Source of the DNA: the human T2T-CHM13v2.0 reference genome, Homo sapiens | NCBI RefSeq assembly: GCF_009914755.1 | Contig: NC_060927.1 | DNA: 64,000 bases | Direction: 5' to 3' (one strand) | Shown here: positions 1-20,161 of the stretch, in pieces | How positions within the stretch are numbered: position 1 is the stretch's first letter | Layout: the number at the start of each line of letters is the position of its first letter | Notes under the pieces: model-generated | Seen by the model: the letters and a program-made list of their open reading frames with translations, nothing else | What the model was told of the DNA's origin: nothing | Databases searched by the model: none | Made by a program: the position numbers and the translations under genes

Positions 1-850
1 AGTGAACAAATGAAGTTGAGTTTTACAGTGCTATTAACTAGCTAAGGTCATACAAATAGTAACTGGAGCTAAGATTTGAAACCCCTGTCCATCTCATTGC
101 AAGTTTATATTATTTTCATTAATGATGCCAGAATGGAATTGGTATTAAATCATCTTGCACATTTTACAAGAATGTCATACAATTCCAGTAAATAAGCTGA
201 ATGAAACCACTTTTAAACTTTGAGAAGAAGAAAGCGATATGTAGGCAGGATATTTTTTATTTCCACCATGAATATCAGAAGTAGCATCTGAAAATATAAA
301 AGAGGCCTCAAAATAATCTCTAAAAGCACATTCTTATTAATAGTTTCCAAAAAGAAAACCTTAATCTATTTCCATTTTTTTCTTGACTTTGCTGTTTATC
401 AGTACCCCCAGGAGCTCATTTTTATACATACTACTTTATGGAAACCACCTACCCCTCTACTGTCACCCTTAATATACACAGCCCCATAGAATTTCTCCTT
501 TCCTTGCTATTCTACTGAGCCATAGAGCAGAACTGGCAAGAGAAAACAAAAGAGAGCAAGCCGTTAACCTCTCTGCCTCAGTGGCTGTTTTATAAAATGA
601 CATGACTTCATTATATTCCTGATATCAGAACAACTCCCTGCCACCACCACCACCCTACAGCCTCCCTGAAGTTTTCAGCAACCATGAAGAAAAGACTGAG
701 CACAAGCTGGCCCATGGAAACTTGGGAAACTTTTTTACCTCATGCCTGCAGATACCGTGGGAGTAGACTTTGAGCTGCTTCATGCCTGTCTCAGACAAAA
801 TTTTACAGACTGTCTCCTATTTTCCATTTTACAGTTTCCAAATCAGCAAC

Positions 851-1281
851 TGCTATGGTCTAAACATGCCTCCCCACCTGAATTCATATGTTGAAACTTA
901 ATCACAAAAGTTAGTACTAAAAGATAGGGCCTTTAGGAGACGATTAAGGATTAGTGACCTTATGAAAGAGGTTGAAAGGAGTGCCCTCGTGCCTTTTGCT
1001 CTTTTTTGTCTTCGCCATGTAAGGACACAGCATTCATCCCTCTTCCCCCACTTTTTTTTGTTTGTTTGTTCGTTTATTAATTTGCCCCTCTGCCTTTTCC
1101 ACCATGAGAGGATGCCATAAGAAAGTGGCACTTATGGATCAGGCCCTCCCCAGATACTGAATTTGCCAGGACCTAGATCTTGGACTTCCCGGCCTCTAGA
1201 ACTGTAAAAAATAATTTTCTGTTATCTATAAATCACCTAGTCTCAGGTATTTTGTTATAGCAGCCTAAATGGACTACGACA
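851..1281 (+). mobile_element. MaLR solo LTR (MSTD/MLT1A-like)
   Basis: Starts TGCTATGGTCT and ends GTTATAGCAGCCTAAATGGACTACGACA, typical MaLR LTR termini; flanks gcaac/acaac resemble a 5-bp TSD. Confidence 0.75.
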
Positions 1282-2180
1282 ACAACCTCCTCCTGTCACT
1301 ATTATAATAATATCAATTACCAAGAGATGCCAAAGTGGGAATTTGGGTATTTCATCATTTAGAGGACTACCAATTAGAGTCAGACTTCTAGATGGGCCCA
1401 GGCTCCCAATATTTTTGCTTCCAAATATGTTTTTCAAAGCCATATATCTCCTTCCCCATAGATAGCATCCATACATCAAAATCCTCAGTTATATGAAATA
1501 AGAGAAAGAAGGCCTCTAATGTGCCTACTACATTCTACTCACAACACAGGATATAGAAACAATCTCTGTTGAGAAAAAAAAAGGAAAGCTTCCAGAAGTT
1601 CTTCCTTTGGTATACTCCACCAGACCTTAGGAAAGGAATGGGATGTCAGAGAAGACTTCTAATCAAAATAAGAGGAGGAAGAAATTTTAGACAAATGGAC
1701 TTGATCTCAAAAACCACACCTACCCTCCCTCTTGAAAAGGGGCCCAAAATGGTTCACCTCCACTTTCTTTTATTACTTTCCTTTATAAGCTGCTGTCACA
1801 GGCTCCAGAGGACTGGTAAGTTCTCTTCCAGAGAAATTCAGACAGGTCAGAAGATTGTATTTCTGAGAAGTACTGAGGGCTGGAAGAATCAGATGTCCTT
1901 GTCTGTTTGATAAAGCAAGAGGTCAGTGCAATTATGGCAGAAAATTCATGAAGATAACACAGGCGCAAGCTGGAAAGTAGTGGTTATGGTGGCTTTGTAG
2001 ATTCCAGTGACCTGGAAAGAAAACCATGGGAACAAACAATTGTTGAGCAACAACTATGTACCAGGATGCATATTGCTGAAACCAAAAGAGGTAAGGTCAT
2101 TTGCCTGAGGGCATTTAGCTAGACTGTGAAGCTAGGTTGTCTGACTCCAAAGCTTATGTTCTTTTCATCACACTCTGTGA

Positions 2181-2532
<352 letters not shown>

Positions 2533-3426
2533 ACGATACTCTATACCTTAAAGCAGCAACACCAGCAGTCCATGAGGAGGTTTTAGCCAATTTAACTTAC
2601 CCGCTAATGATGCTGTTCCCAAACAGCTTTCTATAAGGGCCACTGAGTGGAAAATAGGGCAACAAGGGTTCATAGTAGCATCTTCCTCTGCCTGTGGGGG
2701 AAGAAAAGAGAAAGAAAGAGCAAAGTCTAACAGGGCTGACCTATCACCTTCTTGTCTCCTTACCACATCCCATACTCCTTCAGCCCATTTTATTTTAGGG
2801 CTTGAACACAAGAGACCATTTTAAAATTACTCCTTTGTAATAGTAGCAGTAGAGATAACCAAAGGGCTAAAGAGATTTCACCAAATGGTTAAAGTGGAGC
2901 CACTTTATTTTCCTGTAAGTGGCAGCATGAAATTACCTTCATTCTATTCTGTTAGGGTTAGGTATTCCAGTATTTCAAAGAGCGATCCTACCCTCACCTT
3001 TGTCCATTTCTCTATCACTCAATAGGTCACCCCAGAATAATTTGTGAATACTCAAAGTGTACGAAAAATGTATTACAAGGGCTGTCTTTACACATAAATG
3101 GAGTTGCTCATCACCTACCTGATACACTTTGAAAAGCACATGGAAGGCTTTCTTACTTACATATATAACTCCTACTAGCATATGACATTTCCTGAAATCC
3201 CACCATTGAGGATTCCTGCCCTTGTGTTAGTAGATCAATTGCTATTATAGAAACTTGCTATTCTCAGGTGTTCAACTAACACCTAGGATCCTCAAACCAA
3301 GGCAACAGGAATCCTAATGAGGGGATGGGGGTGAAGAGGGAGGAAGTAGAGGTGGCAGATTTTGAAGGCTTGGAGCATGCTTATGAAGAACAAATATGAG
3401 TACAGTGCCTCAGTACAGAGAAGTCC

Positions 3427-3724
3427 TTTTTTTTTTTTTTGAGAGATAAGAGTCTTACTCTATAGCCCAAGCTGGAGTGCAATGGCATGATCTCAGCTCA
3501 CTGCAACCTCCGCCTCCCGGGTTCAAGTGATTCTCCTGCCTCAGCCTCCTGAGTAGCTGGGATTACAGATGTGCATCACCACGCCTAGCTAATTTTGTAT
3601 TTTTTTTTTTTTTTTTTTTTAGTAGAGATGGGGTTTCACCATGTTGGTCAGGCTGGTCTTGAAATCCTGACCTGAGGTGATCCACCCACCTCGGGATTAC
3701 AGGCATGAGCCACCGCCCCTGGCC
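3427..3724 (-). mobile_element. AluS with expanded middle A-tract and a small deletion
   Basis: Reverse-complement Alu with long middle T-run at 3600-3620; lacks the CCTCCCAAAGTGCT segment near 3695. Confidence 0.85.
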
Positions 3725-3799
3725 CACAGAAAAGTTGTAAAGTATTGGGTGTTAAGGGATGGGTCACATCCAGGGAGGAGATAGAGTATCCTTTGATAA

Positions 3800-5590
3800 G
3801 AGTCAACTCCCATTCACAGTTTCTACAAAGAGAATAAAGTACCTAGGAATACAACTTACAAGGGATCTGAAGGACCTCTTCAAGGAGAACTACAAACCAC
3901 TGCTCAACGAAATAAGAGAGGACACAAACAAATGGAAAAATGTTTCATGCTCATGGATAGGAAGATCAATATCATGAAAATGGCCATACTACCCAAAGTA
4001 ATTTATAGATTCAATGCTATCCCCATCAAGCTACCATTGACTTTCTTCACAGAATTAGAAAAAACTGCTTTAAATTTCATATGGAACCAAAAAAGAGCCC
4101 GTAGAGCCAAGAGAATCCTAAGCAAACAGAACAAAGCTGGAGGCATCATGCTACCTGACTTCAAACTATACTACAAGGCTACGATAACCAAAACAGCATG
4201 GTACTGGTACCAAAACAGAGATATAGACCAATGGAACAGAACAGAGGCCTCAGAAAAAAATGTGACACATCTACAACTATCTGATCTTTGACAAAGCTGA
4301 CAAAAACAAGCAATGGGGAAAGGATTCCCTATTTAATAAATGGGGTTGGGATAACTGGCTAGCTATATGTAGAAAACCGAAAATGCACCCCTTCCTTATA
4401 CCTTATACAAAAATTAACTCGAGATGGATTAAATACTTCAACGTAAGACCTAAAACCATAAAAACCCTAGAAGAAAACCTGGGCAATACCATTCAGGACA
4501 TAGGCATGGGCAAAGACTTCATGACTAAAACACCAAAAGCAATGGCAACAAAAGCCCAAACTGACAAATAAGATATAATTCAACTAAAGAGCTTCTGCAC
4601 AGCAAAAGGAACTATCATCAGAGTGAACAGGCAACCTACAGAATGGGAGAAAATTTTTGCAATCTGTCCATCTGACAAAGGGCTAATATCCAGAATCTGC
4701 AAGGAACTTAAACAAATTTACAAGAAAAAAGCAAACAACCCCATCAAAAAGTGGGTGAAGGATACGAACAGACACTTCTCAAAAGAAGACATTTATGCAG
4801 CCAACAAACTTATGAAAAAAAGCTCATCATCACTGGTCATTAGAGAAATGCAAATCAAAACCACAATGAGATACTATCTCATGCCAGTTAGAATGGTGAT
4901 CATTAAAGTCAGGAAACAACAGATGCTGGAGAGGATGTGGAGAAATAGGAACACTTTTACACTGTTGGTGGGAGCGTAAATTAGTTCAGCCATTGTGGAA
5001 GACAGTGTGGCGATTCCTCAAGGATCTAGAACCAGAATTACCATTTGACCCAGCAATCCCATTACTGTGTATATACTCAAAGGATCATAAATCATGCCAC
5101 TATAAAGACACATACACATGTATGTTTATTGTGGCACTGTTCACAATAGCAAAGACTTGGAACCAACCCAAATGGCCATCAATGATAGACTGGATAAAGA
5201 AAATGTGGCACATATACACCATATAATACCATGCAGCCATAAAGAAGGATGAGTTCATGTCCTTTGCAGGGATGTGGATGAAGCTGGAAACCATCAGTCT
5301 CAGCAAAGTAACACAGGAACAGAAAACCAAACACTGCATGTTCTCATTTATAAGTGGGAGTCAAACAATGAGAACACATGGACACACAGAGGGGACCATC
5401 ACACACTGGGGCCTGTCGGGGGGGTGGAGGACTAGGGGAGGTAGGGGAGGGATAGCATTAGGAGAAATATCTAATGTAGATGACGGGTTGATGGGTGCAG
5501 CAAACCACCATGGCACGTGTATACCTATGTAACAAACCTGCATGTTCTGCACATGTATCCCAGAACTTAAAGTACAATAAAAAAATAAAA
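3800..5590 (+). mobile_element. 5'-truncated LINE-1 (L1PA7-like): ORF2 C-terminal part, 3'UTR and A-rich tail
   Basis: ORFs 3759-5532 translate to L1 ORF2p ([44 protein letters not shown]); frame broken several times; L1 3'UTR with G-tract. Confidence 0.92.
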
Positions 5591-5952
5591 GAAAATGTGG
5601 CACATATACACCATGGAATACTATGCAGCCATAAAAAAGAATGAGTTCATGTCCTTTGCAGGGACATGGATGAAGCTGGAAGCCATCATTGTCAGCAAAC
5701 TAACACAGGAACAGAAAACCAAACACCACATGTTCTCACTGATAAGTGAGAGTTGAACAATGAGAACATATGGGCACAGGGAGGGGAACATCACACACTG
5801 AGGCCTGTCAGGGGGTGGGGGGCAAGGGGAAGGATAGATGACTAGTTGATGAGTGCAGCAAACCACCACGGCACATGTATACTTGTGTAACAAACCTACA
5901 CATTCTCCACATGTATCCCAGAACTTAAAGTATAATTAAAAAAAAAAAAAAA
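5591..5952 (+). mobile_element. Second L1 3'-end fragment (L1PA8-like) abutting the first
   Basis: Restarts at GAAAATGTGGCACATATACACCATGG and runs through the 3'UTR to poly(A) at about 5938-5952; sequence differs from the first copy. Confidence 0.88.
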
Positions 5953-7034
5953 GAGTGAGCCATCTTGCAGTTTTGACTGAGCTTTGTTCTGCTTATTGAA
6001 TAGGTAAGTAACCCAAACGGAAAGAAGTGGTGAGCAATGCAGGAAGTGCTCAAGCCTGATGTAAAACAGGAAAACTTCTGTTTCATGGTTTGTGTTGCAC
6101 AGCGCCCCTCGGCCAAAGAGGAAAGAGCTAATTTTGAGATAAGTAACCATTGCTTCTAATTCTTTAGAAAGTGCTTTTGACTGTAGACAGACATGCTAAA
6201 GGCTGTGCCTCATTGTTTGAAGTCCAGATACGTACAACTACTCCTTGTTGTTACTGTAAAAATAGTTCCTGAAAGAATGACTAAAAAGAATAGGAGATGC
6301 AAGATTAAAATAACATGAATGGGAGAGGAAGTACAAGACTAAAACTTCCTCATGTCAGAGGTAAGATTGCTTTATTTCCCAACTAAATAAAATCAGGTCA
6401 TGTATGATTGTTAATGGCAATTCTTGCCAGGAACTTAACCAAAGTTAAAATAATTTTACAGGTTGCTCTAACTTTCCCAGTTTCTGGACATTCCCAATAG
6501 ATGACTTTGTTATTTTCAAGGACATTCTTGGGGTTTGAACACATTGTTTCTTTTTTGCAGTGCTTTTCAGCATATGATTGAACGTACTCAAGAAGGGTCA
6601 TGGTTAGTTCAGCAAGCTGATTTCAACATTTGGTGATTGTCTCCAGTTAATGAGCTATACATATGATGTCCGCTTTTATTTTCATCATCATAAACCACAG
6701 AAAAAAGGGGAAACAGTATACCAGCAAGTCAGCAAGTCCAAATCAAGCCATGACTCAGATTTCCTAAGAAAGAAAAGATCAGACTGCTTTGACATATTCT
6801 ATCTTAAATTTTGAAATTACTTTGGGGACAACATTAATTATCCAGGTCAGTGTGGGGGAATAGCAGTTCCTCCTTGATCATCCTCTTCATATGGTATAAT
6901 CACTAACTTCACAGATCTGTACTGAAAAGTTGTTTACCTTTGGGGAAATGGCTCATTATAAGTATGTATATAGGGAATAGTAATATAAGAAAAAATCATA
7001 AAGATTTGAGGGTAAGTAGAGAAGATCAGACCCT

Positions 7035-7280
7035 GTGGAAGTTAATAGCATGGCCCTTGGAACCAGATTACCTAGATTCAAATCCCATCTTCTCTTCTTA
7101 ATACCTCTGTGACCTTGGACAAATTACTTACCCTTTTTGTGTCTTAGTTCAACCATCTGCAAGATGGGGATATGAGAGTATTATTAGTAGATTGATGTGA
7201 GGATTATGTGAATGAGTGTTTGTAAAGCACTTAGAACAATGCTTGTTACAGAGTAGGTGCTCAATAAATGTGACCTGTAA
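7035..7280 (+). mobile_element. MIR SINE
   Basis: Core TTCAAATCCCA...TGTGACCTTGGACAAATTACTTA...TGTAAAGCACTTAGAACA...GTGCTCAATAAATG. Confidence 0.8.
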
Positions 7281-7785
7281 TTGTTATCCTTCAGTAATTG
7301 GTAAATTTTATGTCTGTAGTCATAGAGTTTGGTTCTTAACCCAGGCCCGGTGCCATTCAAGACACTGCAGAACATAGTGCATATTCCTTCATGTTTATCT
7401 AGGTTTTTTTCTCCTTTTTAATGTTACCTTTAGTCCCATACTAGTCATTATCAACCTGTGGTCACCAGTCAGGGAAGTACATTCGTATTGATTGCTGCAA
7501 ATGCAAAGGTGCTTTCAGAGCAGAGATCCTTGATTTTAAGGGACTCCCATTAAGGTTGAAAACATGGGACAAGTCCGTTTTTCCTGCCAAGAAAGACATG
7601 GCTTCCATGAAATCTTATTTACTATATTTTTGTATCTAACAAGTTCTCTAGGAAGCCTCTCATTTTTGAATCGTAAAAAAGGTCTGTATTCAAAGCAAAA
7701 ATCCTTTAAAAAAATCTTTGATAATTCTGATCTCTGTGCTTTGCTAGCCCAGATTTTTATTATCTGACCCTATGGTATCCATAAG

Positions 7786-8597
<812 letters not shown>

Positions 8598-8673
8598 AAT
8601 TATGTTGAATGAATCTATCTTGTGTTCATTTCTTCAGCAAGACTGAGTCACATTGCCTCATAAAAATGTATGA

Positions 8674-9308
<635 letters not shown>

Positions 9309-9479
9309 TGTTTTAAAAAAAAAAAAAAAAAAAAAAAAAGCAAAATTGACTCCATCCTGACATCTTTTTCATTCTTTATTGTCAGCACATCTTTTTGGTA
9401 AATATTATAGTCTAGTCTCCCCTCTTAAGTGATTAATCTGAAAATCATGTGAACATTCTTCCATTTCCTTTAGTGATTC

Positions 9480-10026
9480 TGTCAGAGGCATGTGAACCAG
9501 AGCAACTCTATCTTAAATGGGAGCTGGGAAAAATGAGCTGAAATCTACCGGGCTGCATTCCCAGGCAGTTAAGGCATTCTAAGTCACAGGAGAGATAGGA
9601 AGTCAGCAAAAAATACAGGTCATAAAAACCTTGCTGATAAAACAGGTTGCAGTAAAGGAGCTGGCCAAAACCAGAACCAAAATGGTGACGAGAATGACCT
9701 CTAGTCCTCCTCACTGCTACCCTCCCACCAGCACCATGACAGTTTACAAATGGCATGGCAACGTCAGGAAGTTACCCTATATGGTTAGAAAGGGGCAGCA
9801 TGAATAATCCACCCCTTATTTAGCATAACATCAACAAATAACCATAAAAATGGACAACCAGCAGCCCTTGGGGCTGCTCCGTCTATGGAGTAGCCATTCT
9901 TTTATTCCTTTACTTTCTTAATAAACTGGCTTTCACTTTGCACTGTGGACTCGCCCTGAATTCTTTCCTGAGCGAGATCCAAGAACTCTCTTTTGGGGTC
10001 TGGACTAGGACCCTTTTCCTGTAACA
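9480..10026 (+). mobile_element. MER41A-like ERV1 solo LTR
   Basis: TG...CA termini (TGTCAGAGGC...CCTGTAACA), internal AATAAA, 4-bp flanks attc/attt; lacks the tandem GAS block of MER41B. Confidence 0.85.
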
Positions 10027-10184
10027 ATTTTGCCTCTCACCAATTAAGAATGAGACAATTCTGAGGACTCTCCTTTGGAAAAATGATCAAGGTTCTTGGA
10101 ACTCAGCCATGTTAGGAAGTAAGGTGACTGAATGGGGAAGCAGTAAGGAGGGGGCGTGTATTTTTTCATCCGAAGCTGTTCTAG

Positions 10185-10542
<358 letters not shown>

Positions 10543-11404
10543 ATACCTCATATTTTAAATGATAACAAATAACTTCTTCCGTGTGGCAAATTTAGATAGA
10601 AAGCATTGAAAGAACCTGCTTCCCATCTGCTGATCAAACTGGAGCCTGAATCAAATAAACTTCTCCAAATAAATGCTACAATCCTGATTTCTGCAAGCTT
10701 TTGGACTTTTAAAACTTGGTGTTCCTATCTCAGGCAACATATACCTCTTTGGAAACTGGGTATAAATCTACTGGGTTTGGATGTGGAATGGGTTGGTTAT
10801 TTCATTTGTGTGCTCTCTTTAAGGTCATGAGAATTTGCCATGGTTCATGATCATAGTTTAAACAATATTAGCTGGCTAAGTGCTGGTGCTTAGTGAAATA
10901 CACTCTTTTATCTTTAGACACCCCTTTGCTTTCTTCTTTGATATGAAGCCATTTCTCTCGAGTGACACTTCAGCATTTTTTTAATTGAAATTGTAAGTAC
11001 AATACATAGTTTGATCATTCTGGTCTCAGAGATTTAATTCTTAAGTAGTGCTAAGACCTCGCCCACCTTTTAAAACCTCACCTGGATGTCATTCATCCAT
11101 TGTATCGAGGGACTGATATAACATGTGTACTTAATTTAAGATCCTTAAGGGTGGGTATTTTCCATTACCATTAGTTAAAATTTGCAAGTAAGAGCAACAT
11201 GTTCCCTGACTCTGCATAAAGTTAAACATGCGAACTGAAAATAGAATGAGAGAAAATCGAGCATGGTTATTTACTTTCTGCAGTGCTCTAATTGGGCACT
11301 ATAGCATATGGCCAAAACCTTTACTATTAATTAATCACAAAAAATCCATATGGATGATTTGTGAACATTCTAAAGTCAGAGTGGGAATTTGCTTCTTTTC
11401 TATG

Positions 11405-12204
11405 TGAGGACTAATCTCTGATTTTTTTTTTATCTTGCCCAAATTCCTATCTAAGGGGTCTGGGGAATCATACCCTACAAACCATAAATTCTCATCAGAT
11501 GGGTTTTATTTAACCCTATATATTGTGACTTATTTTCCAACCTGACTCTGGCATAACATTACAAGACAATTAAGAAAATAAAATTATTTTATCCCCAAAA
11601 CATGTTTATTTGCCGTATCTTGAAATGGCCCTGCAAAGCTGTCCTTTGTGGGGGAAAATTTGCATCTGTAAAGAATCTCTGTTAACATACCTAGATCTGT
11701 TTCTTCCAGGCCTTTCCAATCCTAAAGAGGTTACCTAAGAGTCTAGCACCTTTTAAAGATCTGAACAGGAAACATTTGTCATCTACTGTCTCTAAGGGCA
11801 TTCACTATAGGACTTCAAAGGAACCTTGGCCTCCACAATCTTTTATCTTAACCTGGACATTTTCTTTCTGTCAACTCCAGGTCTTTAGACAAACTCAACC
11901 AATGACAAACTCAACCAACTGTCAACCAGAAAATGTTTAAATTTACCTATAGCCTGGAGATGCCTCCCCCCACTGGCCCCGCCCTGGCTTTGAGTTGTCC
12001 TGCCTTTCTGGACCAAACCAATGTATTTCTTAAATGTATTTGATTGATGTCTCATGCCTCCCTAAAAGGTTTAAAACCAAGCTGCACCCTGACCACCTTG
12101 GGCACATGTTCGCAGGATCTCCTGAGGGCTGTGTCATGGTCCATGGTCACTCATATTTGGCTCAGAAAAATATTTTACAGAGTTTGACTCTTTTTTATTG
12201 ATGA
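11405..12204 (+). mobile_element. MER4D/E-like ERV1 solo LTR
   Basis: Begins TGAGGACTAATCTCTGATTTTTTTTTTATCTTGCCCAAATTCCTATCTAAGGGG; ends with the MER4-type CATATTTGGCTCAG...ACAGAGTTTGACTCTTTT. Confidence 0.8.
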
Positions 12205-12229
12205 TGTTTTCTTTCTAAACACATTTTTT

Positions 12230-12545
<316 letters not shown>

Positions 12546-13465
12546 TTAGAATTTGGTAATGTTTAAAAGCTTTGACATTTCTTAATGTCAGAAATTTCCA
12601 TATTGAGATTTGACATATATTTGGACTCACATTAAATGAGACGTACTAGTCATCATCATTGTTAAAAAATATTTTTAAATTTTTAAGTATGGAAGATAAA
12701 ATAAAAACCCGTTCTCATTCATTTACTTATTCAACTCCCCACCACCACACATACATATACATACTCATACATGCACGCAATACAAACCTTCCTCCCCACC
12801 ACCCTTGGCTAACTCCCCATTCATCAGTCAAAACTCAGCTCAAATAGTTGCTCCTTGTATCACGGCAGGCTGGTTTCTGTGGTTGGTTCTGTCAACTTCA
12901 ACTGTAATAGAAATGTTGTTTTTCTATTCTTCCTTCTTTGGCCTCCCATTAAGCTGTCACTTCTTTACCTAGGGAATGCATCTTTTGTTTCTGAGTTCAC
13001 AACACTACCAGAATGCCTGGCATGGCAGAAAGTGCTTGTTAAATGCCTGCTGAATGAATGAATAACTTCAGCCACCAGCCTAGCGAGCAGATGAGTTCAG
13101 AGGTTATATAAACAACATTCATAAGCTCAGCCAGAATCTTGTTTGAGCCAGAGCAGCAGAAGCCCAGAAAGTCAGGGACAATGCCACCCTGGGGCTTATA
13201 AGTCCTTCAGGGGCTACACAAGGCCAGACCAACTCAGGAAACCACCTGCGAAGGTGCCCTCCCTCCCCAGTTCCATGCCACCTGGCAGTTTTGTGCTGTC
13301 TATGGGCCTAGACCAACTCAAAGTGAAGAAGTTCTCTGAAAACCTTTTACTTATTAAAGAACTCCAATAAGCAAAATAGGTAGACATATTTTCCCTGGTG
13401 GAGCCCTAAGCAAAATTCAATTATGTGAATCGTACTTAATATTTAAAAACATTGTGGGTTTTTTT

Positions 13466-13764
<299 letters not shown>

Positions 13765-14594
13765 TTATGTTTTTTTTTTTTTCAAATCAGAGGTTAACTT
13801 CATTACATTTGCCTGGAAAATAGACTGGTAACAAGTGAAAAACTACCTGAAGAAGCCAGTTCAACTTAGAGTGAATCCAAAAGGGCAGTGGGGCCATGAG
13901 AAGCTTCATTTCTTAGCAGTCAACCAGAGGGAGTTTCCAGGGGTCCTGGGAGGAGGGTTTAGATAAGTGAAAGTTGTGCCCCTTGCAGTGCTCTTATTTT
14001 TCAGTTTAAAAGATGCCTCCTGCCATCCACATGTTATGCAGTTGGGGATTTCAACCCACTTACAGCATAGTCTTCCCTATTTAATCATAGAATCTCCTCA
14101 TTTTTAACTGACCTGGCCAGCTTCTTTATCAATTTTGTTCACATACTGCGGGCCTCAAGTGTTCATTTAAACGTTTGGGACTGTAACTGCTAAAGCTGTT
14201 TTCACATGTGGAAAATATGAGCCTTTAAGTTTCGTTTAGCAGATGCTCAAGCCAGCAGCCAGCAATATGCCCCACTTCTAGGGTGGTGCCCAGAGTACTG
14301 GACTGAGCAGCTGAAATGCAGCTTAAGTTCTGGTTTTATTGCAAATCAGCCACCAATGTTGAATTGGTTTCTTAGTCCCTGAGTCTGTTGCCTTATTTGA
14401 TGAATTAAAATAAGTAATATAATTCAGGACCCTTGGGAGAAGTGTTTTATATCACTTTGCTAACACTGAAGACTCTCCAGTTCTCTCTCTGATGCACTGG
14501 AAACATTGCGTTCTAAATACCCTAAGAGCCCTTTCAGCAGTAAATTGGTCTCAGGGTGCTGGAGAGGATGTATCTGGTGGTGTTTCGAAAGTGA

Positions 14595-15067
<473 letters not shown>

Positions 15068-15075
15068 TGCCCTGT

Positions 15076-15077
15076 AT

Positions 15078-15116
<39 letters not shown>

Positions 15117-15119
15117 TTT
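15076..15119. repeat. (TTTA)n microsatellite
   Basis: About 10-11 tandem TTTA units. Confidence 0.9.
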
Positions 15120-15136
15120 TTTAGTGGGAGCAAATG

Positions 15137-15194
15137 CAAGTTGAGCATTGAAAATTCAAAATCTGAAGTGTTCCAAAATTCAAAATTTTCTGAG
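15137..15194. mobile_element. Tigger4/MER46 (Zombi) MITE, left part
   Basis: CAAGTTGAGCATT...AAAATTCAAAATCTGAAGTGTTCCAAAATTC; continues at 20072. Confidence 0.7.
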
Positions 15195-15196
15195 GA

Positions 15197-15296
15197 CCAG
15201 CTGGGTGCAACTCTAATCCCAAGCACTTTGGGAGGCTGAGGCAGGCAGATCACTTGAGCCCAGGAGTTCAAGGTCAGTCTGGGCAACATGGTAAGA
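15197..15296 (+). mobile_element. AluJ, left part (split by L1)
   Basis: Alu left-arm sequence stops at GGGCAACATGGTAAGA and resumes at 19829. Confidence 0.8.
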
Positions 15297-15475
15297 TGTT
15301 GCTGAGAGATTTTGTCACCACCAGGCCTGCCCTACAAGAGCTCCTGAAGGAAGCACTACACATGGAAAGGAACAACCAGTACCAGCCACTGCAAAAACAT
15401 GCCAAAATGTAAAGACCATCGATGCTAAGAAGAAACTGCATCAACTAACGAGCAAAATAACCAGCTAACATCACA

Positions 15476-19612
<4,137 letters not shown>

Positions 19613-19828
19613 ACAATGAGAACACTTGGACACAGGAAGGGGAACATCACACACTGGGGCCTGTCGTGGGGTGGGGGGAGGGGGGAGGGATAGCATTATG
19701 AGATATACCTAATGTAAATGACGAGTTAATGGGTGCAGCGCACCAACATGGCACATATATACATATGTAACACACCTGCAGGTTGTGAACATGTACCCTA
19801 GAACTTAAAGTATTAAAAAAAAAAAAAA

Positions 19829-20070
19829 CCACGGTGAGACATCATCTCTCCAAAACATACAAAAATTAGATGGACGTGGTAGCACATACCTCTAATCCCA
19901 GCTACCTGGGAAGCTGGGGTGGGAGGATCACTTGAGGTGAGGAGATCGAGGCTGCAATGAGCCAGGATTGTGCCACTGCGCTCTAGCCTGGGCAGCAAAG
20001 TGAGATCCTGTCTCAAAAAAAAAACCAAACCAAAACAAAACAAAACAAAAAAACCCTAAAACAAAAACAA
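19829..20070 (+). mobile_element. AluJ, right part (split by L1)
   Basis: Resumes at CACGGTGAGACATCATCTCT; right arm plus CAAAA-type tail. Confidence 0.82.
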
Positions 20071-20071
20071 G

Positions 20072-20161
20072 AAACTTTCTGAGTACCAACATGATGCTCA
20101 AAGGAAATGCTCATTCGAGCATTTTGGATTTTGGATTTTTGGATTTGGGATGCCCAACCTG
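20072..20161. mobile_element. Tigger4/MER46 MITE, right part
   Basis: CATGATGCTCAAAGGAAATGCTCATT...TTTTGGATTTTGGA...GGGATGCCCAACCTG. Confidence 0.75.

Noticed and set aside
6095-6115. CTCF-like motif (TGGCCGAGGGGCGCTG on - strand)
   Set aside because: Mismatches at the core AG positions; cannot be supported without ChIP data.
9309-9345. Orphan A-tract of about 25 nt as a solo poly(A) retro-insertion
   Set aside because: No TSD identified; consistent with an ordinary mononucleotide run next to a truncated Alu.
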